Positions 19,790 through 29,565 of a stretch of DNA of 64,000 nucleotides are shown piece by piece. The DNA is taken from contig CAVWVI010000003.1 in NCBI GenBank assembly GCA_963758495.1, positions 832,001-896,000 on the forward strand, written 5' to 3'. The notes under the pieces are model-generated. The model was not told the DNA's origin, did not search any database, and saw nothing but the letters and a program-made list of their open reading frames with translations. The position numbers were made by a program, and so were the translations under genes. How positions within the stretch are numbered: the stretch's first letter is position 1; each line of letters starts with the position of its first letter. The DNA comes from Oligoflexia bacterium (GTDB taxonomy: Bacteria > Bdellovibrionota > UBA1018).

Positions 19790-21409
19790 TTAAGGCTCCA
19801 CTCGAATAGACGCGAGTATAAAACCTTTAGTAGGATGCCCCATTTGCCCAAAAGCTGCCGCATACATTTTGTAGCTGGTTCCTGAAAAATCAAAATCTTC
19901 ACTCACGCCTTCACCCGACATGGGTGCACGGCTTAAAATATCATTCGTAAACACACCCATAGCCTGATCCCTTGCCACGTCAGACATCTGACGTCCAATT
20001 GCGCCCTCTTCTCGAATGCCACTAATTTCTTCGAACGCAGAATTTAAATAGACAATTTTCTGTTCAGAGTCGAAAATTACTAATCCGAATTTAATAATAC
20101 CTCCAAGCATTCTCAGTGGACTTATGCAGTCTTCCACCCACCGAGAAAGATCTGCCATTCCTCCTAAATTTCCATTTAAGTTGGTATCTGATTTCGGAAT
20201 ACGTTGAATAGCCGAATTGATAATATCCCAAAGAGGGTTCATCTCTTCAAACTTGAATTCTCGTGAAACCTGCGTGATCTCTCCTTTGAGGGCTTTGTCT
20301 AAGTCTTCATTTAAAACCTCGAAAGGCTTTAATGTTATTCTATAAAGAATAAATAAAAGAATCAGACCTAAAACCCCTGTCATAATGAGTGCCTCGGAGT
20401 AAATGACCCCCATCCCACCTAGATCCGGCGTTGCCAAACCCGTATCAATCGAAACTAAAGCCATTCCAACAACTACATTTTTTCCCAAAGTCGGACTGAG
20501 AATTTTAACAGGCTCAATGGCCACTAATGTAGTGGAATCCGTTTCACGTACAAACCCAGTCTCTCTCCCCGCGCGAAACATATCTCGGGCCTTCGTTGCC
20601 CATACCGCTTCATCTCCCGAAGACAAATACTGATTCATCTTGGCGCTTGGAGCAATAATTCTATTTTCCAAATCAATCAACACGGCTATTCGCACACCTT
20701 CTGCATTTTCTATCATACCGAGATCCGTCTTCGTTTCTGCATGTGCGGCGATATAGGGTGAATTTCGTTCAGCGATTTGCCGAGCCATAAAAGAGGCTCT
20801 TCGTCCAATTTCTTTAATCACATCTGTACGATTCGACTCCATCAATGGGTAAATACTGATGATTAAATTGGCAATCAGATAAACCGCAAAAATCCCGATA
20901 CAAATCATCTTCCATTGATTCTTAGTATTTAACCCATAAAAGATGGGCATCAATTGATGTTCGAATGCCCAGATCACTTTTTCTTTCAAATCTTTGGGTG
21001 GCTGATTGGCTGGAGCCGTTATGGAGTTCATTCCAGGCATCGAATTTATAGGCTTTACACCTGGAATTTGAAATGAATTACCAAAAGCATTCGTAACTGG
21101 AGCTGCCTTTGGCGATCGCTGAGAAGGTGCTACCAACTCAAAAACATACTCACCCACGCTGATTCGATCACCGGTTTTTAACTTTTTTAATTTGGTGAGG
21201 GTCCCATTGATAAAAGTGCCATTAGAGCTTCCCTGATCTTTAATTACAACTTCACCATTTTTAACAAGCAAAACGCAGTGCGTTTTAGACACTTTTGAAG
21301 ATTGTAAAACAATTGTGTTACCGGTCTGTCGCCCAATTGAAAGCTCGCCCTCTTGAACAGCATAGCTTGTTCCACGATTCGGACCTGATATCACTGTTAA
21401 CTTGTACAC
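19790..21409 (-). CDS. FHA-domain membrane protein with periplasmic, HAMP-like and PAS-like regions
   Basis: IGR...VSKTH...DQGSSNGTFING; two TM helices; GLVIFD...YLNSAFEEISG PAS-like. Confidence 0.8.
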   Translation of the reverse strand: MYKLTVISGPNRGTSYAVQEGELSIGRQTGNTIVLQSSKVSKTHCVLLVKNGEVVIKDQGSSNGTFINGTLTKLKKLKTGDRISVGEYVFELVAPSQRSPKAAPVTNAFGNSFQIPGVKPINSMPGMNSITAPANQPPKDLKEKVIWAFEHQLMPIFYGLNTKNQWKMICIGIFAVYLIANLIISIYPLMESNRTDVIKEIGRRASFMARQIAERNSPYIAAHAETKTDLGMIENAEGVRIAVLIDLENRIIAPSAKMNQYLSSGDEAVWATKARDMFRAGRETGFVRETDSTTLVAIEPVKILSPTLGKNVVVGMALVSIDTGLATPDLGGMGVIYSEALIMTGVLGLILLFILYRITLKPFEVLNEDLDKALKGEITQVSREFKFEEMNPLWDIINSAIQRIPKSDTNLNGNLGGMADLSRWVEDCISPLRMLGGIIKFGLVIFDSEQKIVYLNSAFEEISGIREEGAIGRQMSDVARDQAMGVFTNDILSRAPMSGEGVSEDFDFSGTSYKMYAAAFGQMGHPTKGFILASIRVEP

Positions 21410-21786
21410 AATAAATCTCCCATTTGTATGTCACAACGTCGAATCGTTCCGCAGGATAACTCTAAAGTTTCTGATGCCTTTCCATCTCCCAGAGGCAAAA
21501 TCCTCCAAGGACGTATATTTTCCCGCACTGAAGTAACACTCCATCGAACACGCCCATCTGCCATCACTACTTTTTTCATGAAAACGACATCAATCGAAAT
21601 ACTCATAAACCACATATGAATACTATTGCACCGAGTCAACCATAAGCCTTGTCCAGGCTCTAGGAGACCCATTCCAATTAATCCTCTAAATCGGGCGTAA
21701 AAGGACTCTGCCACATAGCACTCATCGGCAATCCATGTTTGATTTTTGATAGATTGGATTTTGACGGAACGATTTTTATTCATCAT
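21397..21786 (-). CDS. DUF192-family protein
   Basis: RFRGL, CNSIHMWFMSISIDVVF, TLEL..G. Confidence 0.85.
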   Translation of the reverse strand: MMNKNRSVKIQSIKNQTWIADECYVAESFYARFRGLIGMGLLEPGQGLWLTRCNSIHMWFMSISIDVVFMKKVVMADGRVRWSVTSVRENIRPWRILPLGDGKASETLELSCGTIRRCDIQMGDLLCTS

Positions 21787-21796
21787 TTTATATTTA

Positions 21797-22714
21797 TTAC
21801 GTGCCATTAGGATAAATGTAACCCAAAATGAACGGGCCAAATATCATCAGCATTACAGCGGGTAAGATGAAGAAAACTAAGGGTATAATAACCTTTTGCG
21901 CCGCAGCAGCGCCCGCCTTTTCAGCTCTGAGCATTCGTTCTGACCGAATCTGTTCAGATTGTTGGCGCAATATTTTTCCAATAGATGCGCCCATTTGATC
22001 TGCCGAAATTAAAATTGCTACAAATGAGTTCACTTCTGCCATCGAAATACGGGCAGCCATCTCCCTCAGCGCCTCTTGTCTTGATGATCCCACTTTAATT
22101 TCTTTTAAAAGCTGGCCAAACTCTTCCACTAATGGGCTGGCCCTAGCCTTCTCAACTACTTTTCCAATGGCTCCTACAAAATCAAGTCCCGCTTCGGTAG
22201 ATAGAGCCAAAAGATCAACAATAAAAGGCATGGCCCGAATGATCTGCTTCTGTCGCTTTTCAACTCGTCCTCCTACCCAAATATTTGGGTAAAACCACCC
22301 CAGAACTCCCGAACCTAAAATCAAATACCAAGCTAAATCGATGAAGCCGCCTGCATTCAATACACCACCAATAAATGGGAAAACTATGATTAACAGCACT
22401 TTGAATGAAATAAATTCGTCGGGAGTAAGTTCATCTCTAAGCCCCGCAGCAATAATTCTTCTTCTAAATTCCTTCCTTTTATTATCCCAGAAGGGCTTGC
22501 CACGAACAATGGGAACAATGTATTGAGTAAATATGGGTCTTAATAATTTAACTAATGGATTGCTGGATTGACGATCGCGAAGATCTGCTAAGTTCTCCTG
22601 TGCGGCACGAGATTCTTGCTCCTCAAGCACCATGCGCATAATAATGAAGGCAGCACCCCCCACAAGAGCATAGGCGACATAAATAACGAATTGACCTTTT
22701 TCGATCGCGTTCAT
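21797..22714 (-). CDS. tadC: Tad platform protein TadC
   Basis: DLLALSTEAGL, ADQMGASI, RAEKAG. Confidence 0.9.
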   Translation of the reverse strand: MNAIEKGQFVIYVAYALVGGAAFIIMRMVLEEQESRAAQENLADLRDRQSSNPLVKLLRPIFTQYIVPIVRGKPFWDNKRKEFRRRIIAAGLRDELTPDEFISFKVLLIIVFPFIGGVLNAGGFIDLAWYLILGSGVLGWFYPNIWVGGRVEKRQKQIIRAMPFIVDLLALSTEAGLDFVGAIGKVVEKARASPLVEEFGQLLKEIKVGSSRQEALREMAARISMAEVNSFVAILISADQMGASIGKILRQQSEQIRSERMLRAEKAGAAAAQKVIIPLVFFILPAVMLMIFGPFILGYIYPNGT

Positions 22715-22729
22715 AGGACCTCAAATCAC

Positions 22730-22757
22730 TCATCGGCGTGACTAGGCCTTTTCTGAA
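22730..22757 (-). promoter_or_regulatory. FliA/sigma28-like promoter upstream of tadC
   Basis: TTCAG-N15-GCCGATGA. Confidence 0.6.
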
Positions 22758-22807
22758 CGAGCGTTTATAAAAAAAATAGGGTATCATCAAATCTGGTAAA
22801 ATAAGAC

Positions 22808-23905
22808 ATGACGCTAAAAAAAGACGCACATCGTAGTTTAGGGCAACTGTTTATCATGGGCTTCACTGGATTGGAGCTTTCCGAGCAAACATCTACCTTT
22901 ATTTCTCAAGTTGGAATTGGGGGCGTGATTTTATTTTCTCAGAATTTTGAAAATCCCGGACAAATCGCCGAACTCACTAATCAAATTCAAGAGTGTCAAT
23001 CAGATTCTCCTCGGTGGGTGAGCGTGGATTACGAAGGAGGGAGGGTTCAAAGATTTAAGAGGGGGTTTACTAGAATCCCTGATGCCGCCACGATCGGTGC
23101 CATGGACTCGCCCAAATACACATTTGAAATCGCAGAGGTCATCGCTAAAGAACTCAAAGCAGTCGGCATCAATCTGAACTTTTGCCCCGTTGCAGACATA
23201 GCCACCAATCCGAAAAACCCTGTGATTGGCAATCGTTCTTATGGAAATCATGAAGAACAGGTCTCAAAATTGGTTACTGCCGTAGTTCGTGGACATCTTG
23301 TCAACGGCGTACAGCCCTGTGTTAAACATTTCCCAGGGCATGGAGACACCAACACAGACTCTCATTATGCGCTGCCTCGCATTGATACTTCATTGGAGGT
23401 GCTACAAAATCGAGAGTTTAAACCTTTTCTCAAAGCATTTAAATCAAAGTGCTCCATGGTCATGACCGCCCATATTCTCAATCCCAAGCTAGATCCAAAA
23501 CTTCCGGCGACACTTTCGAAATTCATTCTTCAGGATATTTTGAGAAAGCAACTCCGGTTTGAAAAAGTAATCATTAGCGATGATCTTGAAATGAAAGCAA
23601 TTACAGATCACTTCGGGGCTGAAGATGCCCCACGAATGGCACTTGAGGCCGGCTGCGACATGCTCATTTATCGCTCAGAAAATGCGGCTCGTTCCGCTTA
23701 TGAAGCTCTGGCAAAAGCATTAGAAAAAGGAACCTTATCAGCGGAAACTGTTCTTCAAGCGGCAAAGAGAATCAAAGAGCTCAAAAATGAATGCCTACCC
23801 CCTTACAAACCCGTTCCTATTTCCGAAGTGGGAAAACAGATAGGCATCCCCGAGCATCTTGCCATCGTTCAAAAAATTGAAGAAAGTCTGTCTAAAAAAG
23901 TTTAA
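22808..23905 (+). CDS. nagZ: Beta-N-acetylhexosaminidase (GH3)
   Basis: DYEGGRVQR, KHFPGHGDT..DSH, SDDLEM. Confidence 0.92.
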   Translation: MTLKKDAHRSLGQLFIMGFTGLELSEQTSTFISQVGIGGVILFSQNFENPGQIAELTNQIQECQSDSPRWVSVDYEGGRVQRFKRGFTRIPDAATIGAMDSPKYTFEIAEVIAKELKAVGINLNFCPVADIATNPKNPVIGNRSYGNHEEQVSKLVTAVVRGHLVNGVQPCVKHFPGHGDTNTDSHYALPRIDTSLEVLQNREFKPFLKAFKSKCSMVMTAHILNPKLDPKLPATLSKFILQDILRKQLRFEKVIISDDLEMKAITDHFGAEDAPRMALEAGCDMLIYRSENAARSAYEALAKALEKGTLSAETVLQAAKRIKELKNECLPPYKPVPISEVGKQIGIPEHLAIVQKIEESLSKKV

Positions 23906-23909
23906 ATTT

Positions 23910-24209
23910 CTATTTTTGACAGGAGTAAGCTACGTCCCACGGATTATATAAGCTGTATGTAACTCCGCTAATAAGACCTTGAATAAACGTCTCCTCAACT
24001 CGTATTGCCGTCCAAGATTTTCCGTCACATCGCTCGTTCATATTGACAGGATCACTAAATTCAACCAATTCAAAAATCCCATCGTGATGCCATTCAGTAT
24101 ACTCAAGATTTTGAGATACTCTGGATCCATTTTCAAAATAAATGGTAGAACAGCCAGAAAAAAGTGACATCAACAAAGCCAGTCCGATCATGCCCCCTAA
24201 TTTACTCAT
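23910..24209 (-). CDS. Bor/Iss-like lipoprotein
   Basis: Lipobox FSGC; ETFIQGL..VT..LYNP..V.YSC. Confidence 0.7.
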   Translation of the reverse strand: MSKLGGMIGLALLMSLFSGCSTIYFENGSRVSQNLEYTEWHHDGIFELVEFSDPVNMNERCDGKSWTAIRVEETFIQGLISGVTYSLYNPWDVAYSCQK

Positions 24210-24523
24210 GACTGTTTCTCCTTTTCACACCAAATTTTTACACTTCTGGGCATATAGATACCTAAAGTAATTAGCCCCAGAAATCCATCAACAAAAGTTC
24301 GTTGAGCTTGAATCTGTTGAGCTGGCATATTTCCACAAATCTTAGTGACATCAATATGCTTCTCACCTACTAATCCCCATAAAAAGAAAGCCTCGCTAGA
24401 CTCATATGTTGGATTGGAAGCGATTTTTTTAGTTCCCTTATCTCGAATGGTCACTGTTGAACAGGCTGTAAATGCCAACATAAAAATACTCATAGTAAGC
24501 ATCAAATACTTTATGGAATTCAT
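24206..24523 (-). CDS. Bor/Iss-family lipoprotein
   Basis: Lipobox FTAC; FFLWGL, IC, TFVDGFLGLITLGIY.PR; start after GGGGGAG. Confidence 0.8.
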   Translation of the reverse strand: MNSIKYLMLTMSIFMLAFTACSTVTIRDKGTKKIASNPTYESSEAFFLWGLVGEKHIDVTKICGNMPAQQIQAQRTFVDGFLGLITLGIYMPRSVKIWCEKEKQS

Positions 24524-24789
24524 AAACTCCCCCATGTTGATCACTCTATTTCTGAGTGATGAGCTTTTTTTGTATTTTTCCTTTTCCTTATTAATACATC
24601 TTAATTTAAGAATGTAAACCAATAAGCTTAAATTTTGTAAAAAATGCTTCAAATCTATATTCTCAACAAATGCCTATTGCTTGGACACTTTATAGGCTCG
24701 TCTATTTATTTTTAAATATCAATTAAATATATGTAGTTATTGACAATTTCTATTGGAATCGTCGGAAAGACTTTTCCATAGCGGGATGC

Positions 24790-24805
24790 CGGCCTACTCC
24801 TTGCT
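24790..24805 (+). promoter_or_regulatory. Possible sigma54 -24/-12 promoter of the RING gene
   Basis: CGGCCT-ACTCC-TTGCT (GG-N10-GC). Confidence 0.4.
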
Positions 24806-24847
24806 TAACCTCCTATTACTTAATTAAAACCTTGAGAAAAACGATTT

Positions 24848-25576
24848 ATGAAAAAAGAAAAATTATTGACTCATTTGACAACTTGGATCTTGCTTGTGTC
24901 CTGTCCAATCGCCACTCAGGCAGCACCTGAACAAAAACCGATCACCCGCGCAGAAATTGTCGACCGTGAGGGCAGGCAGATTTTGAATCGAGACGTTTCT
25001 CATATCATTTCTAGAGCGAAGTACTGGACGAAATTAGGTTTGGGGACAAGCATAGCTTTAGGTGGTTGCATGAGCTATTTACAAGGATTAGGTTGTGCAA
25101 ATCTGCTGTATGAGGTGATTCCTCTAGAATGTGGGTTAGGGTGTGTAGTCGGGATCTGCACAGGCTTTGTGGTTGATTGGATAGAAGATGGTCAGTGTCG
25201 TTCAGGTATGAAAAGAATTTGTCATGGTCAAATTATGGAGCGAGAGATCGAAGCACGAGAGATCAGCTTGCCTCCTGGTCCTGTCGAGCAAAGAATGGTC
25301 GACGAGGTTCAAGGTGATTCCTGCCCCATTTGTCTGAATGAGTTCTCCGAGTCAGATCAAAATGGCCAGAGACAATGGGTTGTAGTCACCCGATGCAACC
25401 ATAAATTCTGCAAAAGTTGCTTCGAGCAGCTCCTGAACAACGACGATCTTCGGCCAATGGGGGAGTCTCAAAACTCTGAGACACGTTGTCCATTCTGCAG
25501 GGCAGATCTTCTTCAATCACGCGAAATTGGAGTTTTTGAGGTAGCACCTATGAATGCCAACCGCCAAGACTTATAA
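24848..25576 (+). CDS. Secreted/membrane RING-HC (C3HC4) finger protein
   Basis: Signal peptide; hydrophobic hairpin; CPIC..CNH.FC..C..CPFCR. Confidence 0.88.
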   Translation: MKKEKLLTHLTTWILLVSCPIATQAAPEQKPITRAEIVDREGRQILNRDVSHIISRAKYWTKLGLGTSIALGGCMSYLQGLGCANLLYEVIPLECGLGCVVGICTGFVVDWIEDGQCRSGMKRICHGQIMEREIEAREISLPPGPVEQRMVDEVQGDSCPICLNEFSESDQNGQRQWVVVTRCNHKFCKSCFEQLLNNDDLRPMGESQNSETRCPFCRADLLQSREIGVFEVAPMNANRQDL

Positions 25577-25586
25577 TGAGTTAGAC

Positions 25587-27302
25587 CTACCGCGCATCCC
25601 AAGACTGATGACTTGCCCCAGAGGTCGGAGCAGGAGAAGATGAACTGTGAGGATCTGAAGTCCCAGAAGCCCCTTCCTTCACGCTACGACCAGAAACTAT
25701 TTCCTCAGACAGACACTCCTCATTTTCTGACTGAGGTGAATCAGGAGAATTGAATTGAGTCAGGATTTCAAGTGAGGTTTTTCCACACAGCTCGCCTCTG
25801 CATAAGGGGCATACAGGATCAGAAGCTGCAGCAGGATTTGATTCGCTTGAGGAGATAAAGAGTCTCTTAAAACAATCCTTGCAGTGCAAATGTCCACACG
25901 AAGGTGAAATGATTTTACCTTTTTCAAAAAGACAATCCATACACAGAGGACATTGAGTATCGCTCTCTAAGTTTGACAATTCCGTTTTTGTTTTTTCAAG
26001 CTGTGCCTTCAGGGCTTTCTGCTTCTCGAGTGAAGAAGAACCGTCTTTTTCCTTGAGTTGATGCAATTGAGTTTCAAATTGCTGGACTTGCTTATTTTTT
26101 TGCTCCCGAGATTTAAGCAATGCTTTTTTAACCAAAATAATATTATAGCATTGCTTCACTTTCTGGATTAAATCGGCTTCTGCAATATTTTCTAGATTCT
26201 TTGCTAAAATAGAGATCCCTTTTTCTGATTTCATATGCTTTTTCTTGCACTGGGCAACTCGTAACTCTCGAATCGCCTTCAGCCGGTTTACAAGCCTTGT
26301 GTTTCCAAACTGAATAGCCACTTTGATTTCTTGATTTAAATTCAACCGACCACTTTTCAACAATTCATCAAAAATGTTCGATTGCTTGTAATGGTCTGCA
26401 ATATAAAGAGGGGTTGCTCCACCTGCCATGGCCAAATCGGGCTTGGCTCCACCTAATAATAGCGCCCTCACTACTTCCACATTTCCTTCTTTAGATGCAA
26501 TAGAAAGAGGAGTTGCTCCTCCGTCTGTCATAGCCAAATCGGGCTTGGCTCCACCTGCTAATAGTGCTTTCACTACTTCCACATTCCCTTCTTTAGATGC
26601 AACATAAAGAGGAGTTGCTCCTCCGTCTGTCATAGCCAAATCGGGCTCGGCTCCCGCTAATAAGAGTGCTTTCACTACTTCCAGATGCCCGTTTTGAGCT
26701 GAAATATAAAGAGGAGTGACTCCTCCGCCTGTCAGGGCCAAATTTGACTTAGCCCCCGCTGATAAGAGCGCTTTCACTCCTTCCACATGCCCATTTTCAG
26801 CTGCAATAAGAAGAGGAGTTGCTCCGTCTGTCATGGCCAAATCGGGCTTGGCTCCCGATGATAAGAGCGCTTTCACTACTTCTATATGCCCTTCTTGAGC
26901 TGCAATATAAAGAGGAGTTGTACCATCCTCTTTGACTTGAAAATCAGGATCAGGAGCAGACTTAAGAATAAGACGGACGATCTCTGCATTACCCTTTCGG
27001 GCTGCAAAGCTAAGAAGGGTATCTTTCTTAGCCGTTTTTGAATTCACCTTTTTAAAATCAAACGCAGGTTGTAGATCTTTCTGAGATAACAGCTCTTTTA
27101 CTTTCTTAACGTCCCCTGCCCCAATGGCATTCAGAAGGTTTTCCTGAGGATCAGTCCTAAAATTAAATGGCCAGGCCATCGCATGGGTACTTGAAAGAAC
27201 TAAAAATAAGACAGAAAGGTAAAATACAAATCGAAACTTAACTTGAAATGAAGGAGCATGTTTAAAATAGAATTTAATCTGATCACTTAAAAATAAGTCC
27301 AT
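25587..27302 (-). CDS. Ankyrin-repeat, coiled-coil and RING-HC protein
   Basis: About 7 TPLxIAAxxG ankyrin repeats; CPLC..CGH..C..C..CPLCR; signal-like segment ending THAMA|W; start uncertain. Confidence 0.9.
   Translation of the reverse strand: MDLFLSDQIKFYFKHAPSFQVKFRFVFYLSVLFLVLSSTHAMAWPFNFRTDPQENLLNAIGAGDVKKVKELLSQKDLQPAFDFKKVNSKTAKKDTLLSFAARKGNAEIVRLILKSAPDPDFQVKEDGTTPLYIAAQEGHIEVVKALLSSGAKPDLAMTDGATPLLIAAENGHVEGVKALLSAGAKSNLALTGGGVTPLYISAQNGHLEVVKALLLAGAEPDLAMTDGGATPLYVASKEGNVEVVKALLAGGAKPDLAMTDGGATPLSIASKEGNVEVVRALLLGGAKPDLAMAGGATPLYIADHYKQSNIFDELLKSGRLNLNQEIKVAIQFGNTRLVNRLKAIRELRVAQCKKKHMKSEKGISILAKNLENIAEADLIQKVKQCYNIILVKKALLKSREQKNKQVQQFETQLHQLKEKDGSSSLEKQKALKAQLEKTKTELSNLESDTQCPLCMDCLFEKGKIISPSCGHLHCKDCFKRLFISSSESNPAAASDPVCPLCRGELCGKTSLEILTQFNSPDSPQSENEECLSEEIVSGRSVKEGASGTSDPHSSSSPAPTSGASHQSWDAR
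26400..26925. repeat. Near-identical ~99-102 bp tandem repeats encoding ankyrin units
   Basis: Recurring AAGAGGAGTTGCTCC...GCCAAATCGGGCTTGGCTCC...GCTTTCACTACTTCC. Confidence 0.85.
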
Positions 27303-27360
27303 AGATTATAATTCTAAAAGAGATCCTCATTTTTTACTATTATAAATACTCATTAGATTT

Positions 27361-29565
27361 TTAATACCTATGACTCCACTGCAAATAGGCAGTAGCAACT
27401 TCTCCCGTACGAGTCGCATTAGCCCCCACAGAAGTTTCAATCGTCCAAAACTTACCTAAGCGCTTACGAATGCCTACTTTAGATGAATCGGCATCTCTAC
27501 CTAGATTCAAAGAAGTTCCATCACCTAATCTGACCTTCGCCATAACCTGTCCTGTAGTGGGATCATAGCCTACACTTTCAATCGGTGTCGAAGCCAGTAC
27601 ATAGAAAGACGCAAGTCCAATAGCGCCATCAGTTAAGGCTGCTCTAGTACTCCCCACTGAGTTTCCTTGATCAGAATCAAGTTCGTCTAAAGGACGTCCA
27701 AAAAGAAGAACTGCAATCAACTGAGTTTCAGGCAAAGATGGCTCACTGCTTAAATGAATCTGAGGTTTATCCAAAGTCCCATCTATTTTTATAATAATGA
27801 GATAATCCGCATAATTGACGCTTACCAAGCCATAAATAGTACTTTCTTGAGAGGGAGATGACAGACCTAGTAAAAAATGGTCTATTTTTGCTTGACGTCT
27901 AAAAACTTCGGTAGGAAATCCATCTATTTTTATTATCCCTTGAAGGGGGGTTGAGTCCCCAATCTTGAGATCTATCCGAACAGGGATAGGAGATTGAGCT
28001 AAGTTACTGATTATTTTCGCAGGCTGCTTGGGATCCGTATGAAACGTAAGCTGATAATGAAATGCAGAATGGCTTTTTTGAGATTCAACATTTTTTATAG
28101 TTTTTATAGATTGACGAATCCTAGAATCCGGAAAAAGTGGAGGGGGTGCAGACCAATCTAAGCGCGGCAATTCTAAAGCAACGTTCGAAAGAACTAAATC
28201 AAACTGAAGATCTGGAGCTGTTTTCCCTTTATTTTGATCTAAAGTAAAAACACCATCTCCCTTTAGATCCAATTTCTGAGCTCTAGAATTCAAGAGCGTT
28301 TGAAATTTAAATGGAAATTTACCCTGCTTAAAATTTTGATCTAAAGTCGTTTTGCCATCCAATCGTAAGTCAGCCATTCCATTCAAAACATGAAAGGGAG
28401 CAGGAACGGCCCACGGTCCATGTTGTAACCTTGCCACGACATTTTGAAAATAAGGAACTCTGACATTAAGGCCCACTTCGGCTTCAGCTATCCATGCATT
28501 GGGGAAGTCAGAAATAATTCCCGATAGGTTCGCCTTCAGTTCTCCCTGTCCGTGAAAAAAAGGTGATAAAATCGGATTGAGTTTGAGTCCAATCGTCCCC
28601 ACAATTTTTGAATCGCTCGATGGCGGAAATTGTGAAGTAGTTAAATGTGTACCGATCACGCCTCCTAATTCAGTGGGTACGTTTAAATCATTCAAAGGAG
28701 AAGGAGGAACAGGGATCTTGAATAGAACCGGACAATTTGCTTGTAACTGCCCTTTCTCATTTGTTTCCTTAAAACCTTCCAGCGCACTCAAGGGGGGTTG
28801 CTTTTCATATTTTAAATGGCAATCATTCAATACGATTCGAGGAACCTGTGAACTGAAATGATTCAATTCCCCTGATATTCGACTGACCAGTTGATTCTGC
28901 GTCGCAAACCCTTTCATATAAAGGACAGCCCGAGAACGTTGCTTTGAGTAATGAAGCTCCCCAGCGTATCCCATTTGAATTCTATTTTTTTCATTTTTAT
29001 TGAAATCTACGAGCGCACTCATCTTAAATCGAGAACGATCCGGTAAATTTACAATTCCTGCTCCCTCAAAACTCCCTTGAGCTAACGACTGAAATCCACT
29101 TTGATCTCTATATTTTTTATTTTTTGTTTTTACGTTAAGAATTCCATCTATTTTTTCTTTGTCTTGAAACAAATTCCATTGAAACTGAGAAATCTCTATA
29201 GGACCCAAATCTACAAGGTGAGGTTTGAATCTAGAGAAACTAGCGGTTAGAGATATTTTAGCGTCCGAGCTACAACCTGAAAATTCCTTTTCTTTAATCG
29301 CCACACAAAGCCCGGTGAATTTGAAATTGAACTTCTTTCGAAGTAATGCCAACGAATCAATTTGAATGTTTATTGAATTCCAATGAATTTCAATTCCATG
29401 CTTTGCAGCGGCTTTTGTCGCAAGTTTCAGAAAATAGGGGTTCACTATGAGCTGGGGCCAAATCATTAATGCCCCCACGAAAACCGCTAGAAGGACTAAA
29501 ATAAGTCCAAAAAAGGTAAAAATCGGCGCTACAAGGCGCCCAAAAAATAATCGAACTTTTCTCAA
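27361..29565 (-). CDS. tamB: TamB-like translocation and assembly module protein
   Basis: N-terminal TM anchor; C-terminal GTLDKP.I.LSSEP.L...LLFG TamB signature; adjacent to tamA. Confidence 0.75.
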   Translation of the reverse strand: MRKVRLFFGRLVAPIFTFFGLILVLLAVFVGALMIWPQLIVNPYFLKLATKAAAKHGIEIHWNSINIQIDSLALLRKKFNFKFTGLCVAIKEKEFSGCSSDAKISLTASFSRFKPHLVDLGPIEISQFQWNLFQDKEKIDGILNVKTKNKKYRDQSGFQSLAQGSFEGAGIVNLPDRSRFKMSALVDFNKNEKNRIQMGYAGELHYSKQRSRAVLYMKGFATQNQLVSRISGELNHFSSQVPRIVLNDCHLKYEKQPPLSALEGFKETNEKGQLQANCPVLFKIPVPPSPLNDLNVPTELGGVIGTHLTTSQFPPSSDSKIVGTIGLKLNPILSPFFHGQGELKANLSGIISDFPNAWIAEAEVGLNVRVPYFQNVVARLQHGPWAVPAPFHVLNGMADLRLDGKTTLDQNFKQGKFPFKFQTLLNSRAQKLDLKGDGVFTLDQNKGKTAPDLQFDLVLSNVALELPRLDWSAPPPLFPDSRIRQSIKTIKNVESQKSHSAFHYQLTFHTDPKQPAKIISNLAQSPIPVRIDLKIGDSTPLQGIIKIDGFPTEVFRRQAKIDHFLLGLSSPSQESTIYGLVSVNYADYLIIIKIDGTLDKPQIHLSSEPSLPETQLIAVLLFGRPLDELDSDQGNSVGSTRAALTDGAIGLASFYVLASTPIESVGYDPTTGQVMAKVRLGDGTSLNLGRDADSSKVGIRKRLGKFWTIETSVGANATRTGEVATAYLQWSHRY

